From Balneola sp. (GTDB lineage Bacteria; Bacteroidota; Rhodothermia; Balneolales; Balneolaceae), in contig OZ271847.1 in NCBI GenBank assembly GCA_965601915.1, forward strand, positions 2,257,178 to 2,321,177: a stretch of 64,000 bases of DNA, in the 5' to 3' direction. Below the pieces are notes generated by a model. The model was not told where the DNA came from and ran no database searches. It was given only the letters and a program-made list of their open reading frames with translations. Below, piece by piece: positions 37,056-45,742 of the stretch (the first letter of the stretch is position 1; each line of letters begins with the position of its first letter). The translations under genes and the position numbers were made by a program.

Positions 37056-37150
37056 CAGTGAAATTATAGTTCACATTAGAACGTTCTTATTAAAAAGAAT
37101 TAACTGGTTAATTAGTGATTAGATTTCAATCTTTGTTTAAAAAGTCAGCA

Positions 37151-37654
37151 ATGAACCGTTTTTGTGCATTTATATTCTCTTTTCTCTTAGTGACATCGGC
37201 AAAAGCACAGGATAATTCCAAAAAAAGCTTTAATGCGGATATAAATATAACTGCAACTGTAATACAAACAATTGAAATTGTTACTGTACAGAATATAAGA
37301 CTTGCGGGTATGGATCCGGTAAACAATCAATTCCTGATACCTCCCACTACAAGTGCTAACGCAGGATTTATGATTGCAAGAGGTAATCCGGATGCTGAAA
37401 TAAGGATCACTTATCAACCTTCTCAGATTTTAAATCAAATCAATGGTGATGGAATTATCCGGGTAAATTACCAGCTTTCCGGAAATGATATTGAAGAACA
37501 ATTGACTTCTGAAATACTTCAGGTCGAAAACAGAAATTTCACTTTCAACAGTGAAGGTGAATTCTTTATATGGGTTGGTGGAAGAGTTTTTATTGAGCAA
37601 GCAAAACCTGGGAGTTACGAAGGCGAATTCACCGTAGAAATCGATTATATCTAA
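37151..37654 (+). CDS. DUF4402 / spore-coat-U-like pilin paralog 1
   Basis: Signal peptide (MNRFCAFIFSFLLVTSAKAQ). The C-terminal motif is WVGGRVFIEQAKPGSYEGEFTVEIDYI, of the form G.Y.G.f.V...Y followed by the stop. I prefer the ATG at 37151 over the listed GTG at 37115. Confidence 0.6.
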   Translation: MNRFCAFIFSFLLVTSAKAQDNSKKSFNADINITATVIQTIEIVTVQNIRLAGMDPVNNQFLIPPTTSANAGFMIARGNPDAEIRITYQPSQILNQINGDGIIRVNYQLSGNDIEEQLTSEILQVENRNFTFNSEGEFFIWVGGRVFIEQAKPGSYEGEFTVEIDYI

Positions 37655-37658
37655 TCCA

Positions 37659-38249
37659 TTGAAAAAAGCATTGTACATATCAACCTTCTTGATAGTGTTT
37701 TTGACTGGTACTACTGTTTCAGCTCAGGAAATAGATTTCGGAGATTATTATAACTATACACTAACAGTTGCTGAACTTAACCCTGGAACTGATTTTGAAT
37801 TCGGAACTATTGTTTCCGGATCAGGATCTAATGTACTAACAATTGCTAATTCTAAAGTTATCACTATTACGGGCGTCAAATATTTAGATGTGTTTGTTAC
37901 CGTAACAGCAGATGATGAATTACTATTGGGAGGAAATCCCGGGTGTGTTGGTGACCCGAGCTGCAGTATAGATTTTGAACTAGAAGCTGCATACGCAAAT
38001 CGGGGAAGTAATAATATAGGACAGGCCCGTATTATCTCTGTAACTGCCAACTCAGGAACAGCACAATTTCCAATCAAATATAGAACAACTGCTCCACCTT
38101 CACCTCCCCCAACTCCGGTCTATGAAGGTTACAATCCTGCAGCCTTTAATGAAACAGCTTACTTATATATATACGGCTCTTTGAGTGTTGGTACTGTTAA
38201 TGCCGGAAGTTATACCGGAAATATTGACGTTACTTTGATATATGATTAA
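37659..38249 (+). CDS. DUF4402 / spore-coat-U-like pilin paralog 2
   Basis: TTG start 4 nt after the previous stop, and a signal peptide. It has an FEFGTIVSGSG motif and the C-terminus IYGSLSVGTVNAGSYTGNIDVTLIYD. A proline-rich insert (TAPPSPPPTPVYEGY) is present. Confidence 0.6.
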   Translation: MKKALYISTFLIVFLTGTTVSAQEIDFGDYYNYTLTVAELNPGTDFEFGTIVSGSGSNVLTIANSKVITITGVKYLDVFVTVTADDELLLGGNPGCVGDPSCSIDFELEAAYANRGSNNIGQARIISVTANSGTAQFPIKYRTTAPPSPPPTPVYEGYNPAAFNETAYLYIYGSLSVGTVNAGSYTGNIDVTLIYD

Positions 38250-38778
38250 TAAGATTATCAAATATAATAGCGTCTTATCCCTTTTTCTGATTCTGTTTTT
38301 ATTAAATCCTTTATTAGGGTTTGGACAATACATAAATATCCAGATAGAACTTGAACCTGAATTTCAAACAGAAGTAGTTTCTGAACTAAATTTTGGAGAT
38401 ATAGTCGTTGGCTCGGGTGAAAAATCCATTCAATTAGGAGATTCTAATATGGGAATCTTTTCTGTTACAGGAATAAATTCTCAATCTGTACGACTTTCTA
38501 TAGACACTCCTTCAACACTTACACATTCAGATCCATCTATTACAGATAGCATACCTTTCGATATCCGAGCATCTTATAACAATAGTGGAGAGAACACAAT
38601 TCAGGGTTCTGAGCCTATAAACGGCGATATTGCTTATACCGTAATCAACAGAAATGCTTTAAAAAATCAATTCGAATGGCAAACCATGTACGTATTTATA
38701 TATGGAACTATAATGGTTGGCAATATACAGGATGGAGTTTATAACGGGTTTATCCGCCTAACCGTGGATTATGAGTAA
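38242..38778 (+). CDS. DUF4402 / spore-coat-U-like pilin paralog 3
   Basis: It overlaps the previous gene by 8 nt and has a signal peptide. It carries LNFGDIVVGSGE and the C-terminus IYGTIMVGNIQDGVYNGFIRLTVDYE. Confidence 0.6.
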   Translation: MINKIIKYNSVLSLFLILFLLNPLLGFGQYINIQIELEPEFQTEVVSELNFGDIVVGSGEKSIQLGDSNMGIFSVTGINSQSVRLSIDTPSTLTHSDPSITDSIPFDIRASYNNSGENTIQGSEPINGDIAYTVINRNALKNQFEWQTMYVFIYGTIMVGNIQDGVYNGFIRLTVDYE

Positions 38779-38862
38779 ATCTTAATTAAAGACTTCTAAC
38801 TTGGAATCACATTTTGATATTCCGAACTTTTTCTCAACGAACAAATTAAACTAATTTCGATC

Positions 38863-39366
38863 ATGAAAAATTTAAAATCACTTTTCGCTCTTATCGCAGT
38901 ATTCGCATTTGCAGGTTCTGCTGCATTCGCTCAGGAAACCGCTAACGTTGCAGTTACAGCTCAAGTTGAAGCAGCTCTTGTTTTAACTCCAACTGACATC
39001 GCTCTTGGAACTATCCAAACTGGCGCTGCATCAATTATTGATGCTAACGCTAACGATGATGCTACTGAAGCTAACTTAGGTGACGGTGCTTCTGCTGGTT
39101 CTCTTCAGATTGTTGGTACTTCAGGTGTTGACGTTGTTGTTGCATGGGACGACGCTACTCTTGACAATGCAGGTACTACTGATGCAATTGCTTTTGTACC
39201 TTCTGTATGGTTAGGTGCTTCTGAAGTAACTGATGGTGGAACTGTTACATTAACAGGTGGAGATATTACTCTTGATGTTGGTGGTGCGCTTGCAGCTCCA
39301 TCCGGAACTGGTGCTTACAGTACTGCTAACGGAACTCCAATCGTATTCACTATTACTTACGATTAA
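38863..39366 (+). CDS. DUF4402 / spore-coat-U-like pilin paralog 4 (probable major subunit)
   Basis: Signal peptide (...GSAAFAQE) and an Ala/Thr/Gly/Val/Asp-rich mature protein with the C-terminus GAYSTANGTPIVFTITYD. It shows a strong preference for GCT, GTT, ACT and GGT codons, unlike its neighbours. It has its own 84-nt leader and a strong terminator after the stop. Confidence 0.65.
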   Translation: MKNLKSLFALIAVFAFAGSAAFAQETANVAVTAQVEAALVLTPTDIALGTIQTGAASIIDANANDDATEANLGDGASAGSLQIVGTSGVDVVVAWDDATLDNAGTTDAIAFVPSVWLGASEVTDGGTVTLTGGDITLDVGGALAAPSGTGAYSTANGTPIVFTITYD

Positions 39367-39382
39367 TAGAGTTTAAAATTCT

Positions 39383-39416
39383 AAAAAGTCTCGTTGTTAA
39401 ACGAGACTTTTTTTTT
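39383..39416 (+). terminator. Rho-independent terminator or attenuator after the putative major pilin gene
   Basis: Stem GTCTCGTT (39388-39395) / AACGAGAC (39400-39407) with a 4-nt loop, followed by nine T and preceded by AAAAA. Confidence 0.75.
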
Positions 39417-39498
39417 GTCTCATTCACACTGAAAAATTCAAATACTAATTTGCACTTGAATTTGTTAATTTGAGCATCATTTAATAAATCTACAGAAA

Positions 39499-40332
39499 AT
39501 GAAAAAGCTTTTATTGTTACTTATAGTAACTTTGACAATTGGTGTTGATTATAGTTTTTCCCAGATAACAATCTCTCCAACCAACCTTTTTATTGAAGAA
39601 AACACAAAGTTTGGGACGTATCTGGTAATAAATGGGTCTAACGAACCTCAGGAAGTATCCGTTGATTTTATCTTCGCATACACAACCTCTGATAACGAAG
39701 GAACCAGAAGTGTAATTTATGATGATGCTGAAACAGAAGCAGCATTTTCTGCTCATGAGTGGGTTCGTGCTTTCCCAAAAACTTTCACTTTGCAGCCAGG
39801 ACAACGACAAATTGTTAGGTTAAGGGTTTCCCCAACATCCGGATTGGACGATGGAACCTACTGGGCTCGTATAAAAACCTCTTCCTCGGCGCAAACACCT
39901 CCGGTTGAACTACAGGAATCAGGCGCTGTATCTGCAAGGGTGGGAATCACAATAGAACAAATAACAGGACTTTTTTATAAAAAAGGTAATGTGACAACTG
40001 GAATCAATGTAACAGAAACCAGAACAGAGATGTTAGATAATAATAATACCCTCGCAGTTATCTCTGATTATGTAAGAGGTGGGAATTCTCCTTTCCTAGG
40101 TTCTATTACACTGAATATTAAAGACTCAGGTAATAAAGTAGTCGCTTCATCTTTCAGATCGACTTCACTTTATTTTGATGGTACACATCGACAGGAAGTT
40201 GATATAAGTAATTTACCTAATGGGTCGTATTCTGTTGAGCTAATTTTTGAAGCTCAGAGAAATGATGTATCAGCGGACGATATTGTTCCAATGGATACAG
40301 AAACTGTTACTACACAATTTGTTAAGAGTTGA
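39499..40332 (+). CDS. PapD-like periplasmic pilus chaperone candidate
   Basis: 277 aa with a signal peptide. ITISPTNLFIEENTKFGTYLVINGSNEPQEVSV ... FPKTFTLQPGQRQIVRLRV follows the pattern of the chaperone-usher chaperone N-domain (i.v.P....l......l.v.N....p..v.v ... l.P..f.l.pg..q.vRl). Confidence 0.55.
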   Translation: MKKLLLLLIVTLTIGVDYSFSQITISPTNLFIEENTKFGTYLVINGSNEPQEVSVDFIFAYTTSDNEGTRSVIYDDAETEAAFSAHEWVRAFPKTFTLQPGQRQIVRLRVSPTSGLDDGTYWARIKTSSSAQTPPVELQESGAVSARVGITIEQITGLFYKKGNVTTGINVTETRTEMLDNNNTLAVISDYVRGGNSPFLGSITLNIKDSGNKVVASSFRSTSLYFDGTHRQEVDISNLPNGSYSVELIFEAQRNDVSADDIVPMDTETVTTQFVKS

Positions 40333-43322
40333 TATTTGAAAAATGGAAATATATTTCTCTACTTTTAATCATCTTCAGCCTTCTTGCTTATACAAAACCT
40401 GTATCCGCTCAAGAAGAACCAGAAGATGAAATAGAAGTATATCTTTCATTTTCTTACCGTAGTGCAGTAAATTCAGTAGTTATCGCCTACTATAAAAATG
40501 ATAAATTTTACCTCCCCTATCGTGAGTTATTTCAGTTACTTGAAATTGATCAAAATACAGATCTAACTAACAATAAGATCATACTAAAAGGTCGTTTTTT
40601 AGAGGAACAGACCCCTTACTCAATAAATTTATCCGACAACCAGGCAACATTCGGTGATCAAAGCTTCCAATTAACGCAGGAAGAATATATGATCAAGGAA
40701 TTGGATTATTATTTGGAAAGCTCTTTATATGATAAAATATTTGATTTAAAATTTTCGGTGGATTTTAACAACCTCGCAATCCAACTGGATACACCAAATA
40801 ATATTCCTGTAGTTGAACGCATTATGAGGCGTAATCAAAGACAGTTGATTGCTCGAAATCAAACCTTAGTTGATAAAAACTATGAACTGAAGTATGACCG
40901 TAATCGTAAAGTATTTGGGGCCGGTTTTCTTGATTACAACCTCTCTACAATAAATACTGTTGATTCCGACCTTTTTATTTACAACGCATCTATTGGCGGT
41001 GAACTATTGGGCGGAGATGTACAAGGTGCATTGAACGGAGCTATATCTTCTGATATCAATAATTTTACAACAGACAATTTACGCTGGAGGTATGCAATCC
41101 CTGGTAGTGAAATACTCACTTCAATACAAGCTGGCCAGGTTGCATCTGACGGATATTTAGGAGCTCCATATACCGGAGTCAGACTCACGAACCAACCAAT
41201 AGAGCCTCGAAGATTATATGATGAGTTCATTATACAGGGAAATACAATCCCTAGATCAGAAATTGAACTTTATTTGAATAACACACTTGTTGATTTTCAG
41301 GAATCTGATGCTGCAGGAAACTATCGGTTTATTACTCCATTGACGTATGGTACTTCCTCATATGATATTAAGATTTTTGGACCGACCGGTGAAATCATCG
41401 AACAATCAAAAAGAATCCAAGTCCCTTTTTCTTTCCTACCTAGTGGAGAAATCAATTATAACGTAAATGTTGGTAGACTTAACAATCCGATAATCGGAAC
41501 CAATGATAGAGGAATGCTTGGCCAGGGTAATGTGAGAGTAGGTCTTTCAAATTGGCTAACTGCTAATGCCGGTGTTGAATATTTTGAAGATTATCATTCA
41601 GATATCCCTACTTTCAATGGTGGTTTTTCTGCAAGATTGATGAATAAATATCTTATTACAACCGAATTCCTTTCTGGGATCTTAGCAAAGACTCGCGGAA
41701 GTGTGATTTTAGCCAACTCTTCCAGTATAGGTCTTAGTTATACTAACTTTTTTGAAAATACGGGTATCTATAATACTGCAGGTGTTGATCAAGAGATTCA
41801 GGGAAGTTTATTCTACCCGTTTCGTTTTGGAGACATTCCCTTAAACGTGCGGTTATTTGCTTCCAGATTAGAAAGAAAACCTCGCCCCCTTTCAAGATAT
41901 CGGGTAGATTTAAGTACGCGTTTTGGAAGACTTAATTTACGTTCAGGTTTCAGTAATTCGAGTTCAGGAGAGAACTTTTTTGATATTGCAGAAAACGCTG
42001 AAGTTACACTTTCAGCTACTTATACCTTTCCCAGATATCAGACTACTCCTAAATTTTTTCACGGTTTATTTGCAAGATCTGAGCTTTCATTTTTGCCTAA
42101 TACTAATGAACTCGGCGAAGCTGGCTTGTTTGTCTCTAAAAGTGTTTTCAGACAGGGCAATTTACAGCTAAACTATTCCAGAAATTTCAAGTTCTCTTAT
42201 GATGCTTTCTCTTTCGGATTGGTTATTGATTTTAATAAAGTCAGGGTAAATTCAAGATTAAACAGCCTTCGTGGAAATAATACGTTCACGAATACAATCA
42301 GAGGATCTGTTGGATATGATCCTATTAATAGAAATGTATTATTAACAAGTAGAAATCAGGTTGGGAGATCTGCAGCAGCTGTTCGTTTATTCGTTGATTA
42401 TAACGGAGACGGAATCTACAATGAAGGGGATGATATCATTGATAGTGACGCGGTTAGAATTGATAGAACCGGAAGTAAATCAGGTACAAAAAATGGAATC
42501 ACCTATATCACACAAATGCAACCTTATTACAGGTATAACATGGAGGTTAATAAAGGGGCAATTCAAAATCCTTTACTGGTTCCTGAAAACGATAAATTTG
42601 CATTAATTACTGACCCAAACTTTTTCAAACAGATTGAAATACCATTTTATTCATCAGGAATAATTGAAGGAATGGTTAACAGATATTTTTCATCAACTAC
42701 AAAAAGTGGAATTGGAGGAGTAAGGTTATTTCTCAGCAATAAGGTAAATGATGAAGTACTTGAAATAAGAACGTTTTCTGATGGTAGTTTTTACTCCTAT
42801 GAAATTCCTCCGGGCAAGTACCGTCTCAGAATTGATCAGAACCAGTTAGATGTATTGCAAGCTTCTTCAGATCCTGAATTCATAGACTTTGAAATAAAAG
42901 CCCTTGCTGAAGGCGATTTTATAGAGGGTATGATCTTTAATATAATTCCTGATGGAGTTATACCTGAAGAAGATAAAATCAATGAAAACGCAATACTTAC
43001 AGATCTGGAAAACAGCTCTGAACTCAATGAGTATGAAAATGAACTCAGATCTAAAGTAGATGAAACACTACGTTTAATTGTAAAAGCTCAGAACGCTTTT
43101 TACAGCAGAAACACTAATCAAGCATTAGATTTTGTTAATCAATCTTTGGAAATATTCAAAACCGCCCAAGGATATGCTTTAAGGGGCAGTTTACTCTACC
43201 TTCAAGGGAATAAAGAAGAGGCCCAAAAAAGCTGGGATATGGCTACAAGATTCAATCCAGATATTTATATTCCTGATACTGAAACATTGGATCAGATCAT
43301 CAAAACAGAACATGGCGATTAA
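40329..43322 (+). CDS. Usher-like outer-membrane beta-barrel protein with C-terminal TPR module
   Basis: TTG start overlapping the chaperone stop (TTGA), and a signal peptide. It has an usher-like N-domain, a plug-like segment (IELYLNNTLVDFQESDAAGNYRF...YDIKIFGPTGE) and a long stretch of amphipathic beta strands. A CarboxypepD_reg-like domain (GGVRLFLSN...SDGSFYSYEIPPGKYRLRI) and a TPR-like tail complete it. Confidence 0.5.
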   Translation: MIFEKWKYISLLLIIFSLLAYTKPVSAQEEPEDEIEVYLSFSYRSAVNSVVIAYYKNDKFYLPYRELFQLLEIDQNTDLTNNKIILKGRFLEEQTPYSINLSDNQATFGDQSFQLTQEEYMIKELDYYLESSLYDKIFDLKFSVDFNNLAIQLDTPNNIPVVERIMRRNQRQLIARNQTLVDKNYELKYDRNRKVFGAGFLDYNLSTINTVDSDLFIYNASIGGELLGGDVQGALNGAISSDINNFTTDNLRWRYAIPGSEILTSIQAGQVASDGYLGAPYTGVRLTNQPIEPRRLYDEFIIQGNTIPRSEIELYLNNTLVDFQESDAAGNYRFITPLTYGTSSYDIKIFGPTGEIIEQSKRIQVPFSFLPSGEINYNVNVGRLNNPIIGTNDRGMLGQGNVRVGLSNWLTANAGVEYFEDYHSDIPTFNGGFSARLMNKYLITTEFLSGILAKTRGSVILANSSSIGLSYTNFFENTGIYNTAGVDQEIQGSLFYPFRFGDIPLNVRLFASRLERKPRPLSRYRVDLSTRFGRLNLRSGFSNSSSGENFFDIAENAEVTLSATYTFPRYQTTPKFFHGLFARSELSFLPNTNELGEAGLFVSKSVFRQGNLQLNYSRNFKFSYDAFSFGLVIDFNKVRVNSRLNSLRGNNTFTNTIRGSVGYDPINRNVLLTSRNQVGRSAAAVRLFVDYNGDGIYNEGDDIIDSDAVRIDRTGSKSGTKNGITYITQMQPYYRYNMEVNKGAIQNPLLVPENDKFALITDPNFFKQIEIPFYSSGIIEGMVNRYFSSTTKSGIGGVRLFLSNKVNDEVLEIRTFSDGSFYSYEIPPGKYRLRIDQNQLDVLQASSDPEFIDFEIKALAEGDFIEGMIFNIIPDGVIPEEDKINENAILTDLENSSELNEYENELRSKVDETLRLIVKAQNAFYSRNTNQALDFVNQSLEIFKTAQGYALRGSLLYLQGNKEEAQKSWDMATRFNPDIYIPDTETLDQIIKTEHGD

Positions 43323-43343
43323 GACGGCTTTGCTAAAAGTGCA

Positions 43344-45206
43344 ATGATTAAGACATATACTTCTTTTACTGTTAAAAGAATTTTTATTCAGCCTTACATA
43401 TGTATTGCAGTATTCTTTTTTTTCTTTTTTCCTGATGTAAATGCTCAATCCAATACTTCAAGTCTTGCTCAGTCATCTGATATTCAAATTGCTACTCTTG
43501 AACAAGGTTATGACTCTCAGGTAATTCAGGTTATTGCTAATCACTTTGATCGTAAAAAGTTTTTTGTTGATGTAAATATTGACGCTGAATTTACTGAGGA
43601 AACTGTTACCACAACCGGAAACGCGGCAGTAACTCAACGACCTCAAAACGTCTTACTTCCCGGACTCCCATTTCTTCCACAAGAAAACCTGCAAAACACT
43701 CCTCAGTCAACTACTACCAATGAACCGGTAGTTAATCAAAATGTAGTTCGAAGACTTCAACTCAATAACATCGTCGTAAATATCTATGCTGATACAAGTT
43801 TTTCTGTAGACGAATTAGACTTTATGAGACAAATTGCTGGGTTTGCAGCCAAAATAAACCCGGCCAGAGGAGATCAAATCAATATTACTCAGCTGGCAAT
43901 TCCAGATCCCGATTTCAAACCAATTCCCATTGAAACAACCGATATTACTGAGCAAACAGCTGAACCAACTACTTTTATTTCTTCTTTAAGTAATTACATT
44001 ACTGAATTTATACTTATTGGTTTATTTATTCTTTCTCTGATCGCTCAAAATATTTTTAATAAAGACAAAAGCTCGTCTTCAAATCTGAGATTAGAAAGAG
44101 GAAGTTTGCAGGGAAGTTTAAGTTTAGATGGTGGTGGGTTACCCTCTTCAATGGGAAGTGAAAATCCTGGAAATTTCAGTAATCAGTCATTTAATATTAC
44201 CACTTCAGAAGAAGAGTTTTCTATGAAAGAGTTTGATGAACTCTCAAAAAATTTCTTCACTAAACCCGAAGAAACCGCACTTCTCCTAGAATACTGGATT
44301 GATGAAGACCCAATTAACGGAGCTAATAAAGCAGCTGAAATTATTGCATCTGGCGACTCTACTCTTATACGTTCTATCAAAAAAGATTTGCCAGAGGATA
44401 AATACAGTGATATAGTACAGGCTTTGGAAGAACTGCCCCCAATGACTATTGAAGAAAAGAATAAAGCCGCTAAATACTTTAATACCCTGATCAAGGAGGG
44501 CGAAAACAAAACATCAAAAAAGAAAAATTACGCCAACCTGGGGCTCTTTAAATTTCTTGAGCACGTTACCAATACTCAGTTGATGGAGCTACTTAAGAAT
44601 GAAACTAATCAAACAGCAGCATTGGTTATAGATTACCTTCCGGAAGAAAAAGCAGCTGAAATAATCAATAAACTTGATGGCGAAAAAGCAACAGAAATAA
44701 TGCTTAAGATGTCAACGCTGCATAATCTTACTTACAAACAACATAGTTTAATATCATCCAGACTTTTTGATAAGGTTGTTGAAATCAGAGATGTTGAAAA
44801 ACAAGAAAAGCTTGGGATGGATAACATTCTGCCAATTCTAGAGAAACTTCCTATAAAAGAACAAAAACGCTATATCCAACAAATAAAAGAGTCCGGATCG
44901 GCACTGGGAGAAATGCTTGAAGCCAGATTTTTGACTGTTGATCAGATACCGGAACTCTCTGAAGAGATAGTAAAAGAAGGCATTGAGCCACTAAACACAC
45001 CTACCTTGCTTGAGGCTTTAATTGGATTAGAGAAAGCTGCTGTTGATAAAATCTTATCTGCACGTCCTAAGAGAGAGCAGAAATTGATCAGGATGGAGCT
45101 CGAAAATGTAAGTGATTCTGAAGGAACTGACGAAGCTAAGACCATACTTCTAAGTTCGCTCAGAAAAGCTTACGCCGTACATCTCGAAGAAGAAGTTGTA
45201 GATTAA
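43344..45206 (+). CDS. Fusion protein: FliF/YscJ-like periplasmic ring domain, one TM helix, then FliG-like N, middle and C domains
   Basis: It has a signal peptide. VVRRLQLNNIVVNIYAD...DELDFMRQIAGFAAKINPARGDQINITQ resembles the FliF C-terminal periplasmic region (..RLSVAVvvn...ie.lv..a.Gf...RGD.l.V). A TM helix follows (FILIGLFILSLIAQNIF). The cytoplasmic part has FliG-like segments: GANKAAEIIASGDS (N), LLKNETNQTAALVIDYLPEEKAAEIINKLDGEKATEIMLKMSTL (middle, compare LKNEHPQTIALVLSYL...) and FLTVDQIPELSEEIV...LLEALIGLEKAAVDKIL...KREQKLIRMELEN...DEAKTILLSSLRK (C). Confidence 0.7.
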   Translation: MIKTYTSFTVKRIFIQPYICIAVFFFFFFPDVNAQSNTSSLAQSSDIQIATLEQGYDSQVIQVIANHFDRKKFFVDVNIDAEFTEETVTTTGNAAVTQRPQNVLLPGLPFLPQENLQNTPQSTTTNEPVVNQNVVRRLQLNNIVVNIYADTSFSVDELDFMRQIAGFAAKINPARGDQINITQLAIPDPDFKPIPIETTDITEQTAEPTTFISSLSNYITEFILIGLFILSLIAQNIFNKDKSSSSNLRLERGSLQGSLSLDGGGLPSSMGSENPGNFSNQSFNITTSEEEFSMKEFDELSKNFFTKPEETALLLEYWIDEDPINGANKAAEIIASGDSTLIRSIKKDLPEDKYSDIVQALEELPPMTIEEKNKAAKYFNTLIKEGENKTSKKKNYANLGLFKFLEHVTNTQLMELLKNETNQTAALVIDYLPEEKAAEIINKLDGEKATEIMLKMSTLHNLTYKQHSLISSRLFDKVVEIRDVEKQEKLGMDNILPILEKLPIKEQKRYIQQIKESGSALGEMLEARFLTVDQIPELSEEIVKEGIEPLNTPTLLEALIGLEKAAVDKILSARPKREQKLIRMELENVSDSEGTDEAKTILLSSLRKAYAVHLEEEVVD

Positions 45207-45736
45207 TGAGACCTAAAAAGCTGCACATATTATCATTGTTCTTTATTTTAGGCATCTTAGTATTTTTTGAAACCGGATGTAGATCATCTGAAAAAGCATC
45301 CGGAAATTTAAATTCTGCAACTGAGAATTCAGATTCTTCTCCAGAGAGTTTTTCTGAAGCTCCGGAAACCCGATCTGACGATGAAATCCGTGATTCCTTA
45401 AGCTCATTTTTAAAAGATGAATTGAAGGATTATTATCATGCACAAGCCAACCGCCTAACTTCTTTTTATATTCTTGCCCAACAAAGATTTTACAGTGCTG
45501 AGTATGATCAGGCATTACTACTTATAAACAGAGCTGCAAACATCAAAGAAACAGCAGATGTTTTGGCGTTGAAAGGAAGTATTTATTACGGCTTGGGATC
45601 TATTGAAAACTTTGTATCAAATTGGAAACAAGCTCTGGACTTGGATAAAAATGTACCCATTCCGCCTTCTCCACCCATAGTTGAAGAACTTAAACGTCAG
45701 GGTTTATTGAATGATAACCTTGAAAGAAATTACTAA
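45206..45736 (+). CDS. TPR-like lipoprotein
   Basis: The ATG overlaps the previous TAA (TAATG). It has a lipobox (FFETGC) and an acidic, serine-rich linker. The C-terminal TPR-like module ALLLINRAANIKETADVLALKGSIYYGLGSIENFVSNWKQALDLDKNVPIP is paralogous to the tail of the usher-like protein. Confidence 0.6.
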   Translation: MRPKKLHILSLFFILGILVFFETGCRSSEKASGNLNSATENSDSSPESFSEAPETRSDDEIRDSLSSFLKDELKDYYHAQANRLTSFYILAQQRFYSAEYDQALLLINRAANIKETADVLALKGSIYYGLGSIENFVSNWKQALDLDKNVPIPPSPPIVEELKRQGLLNDNLERNY

Positions 45737-45742
45737 CGCTTA

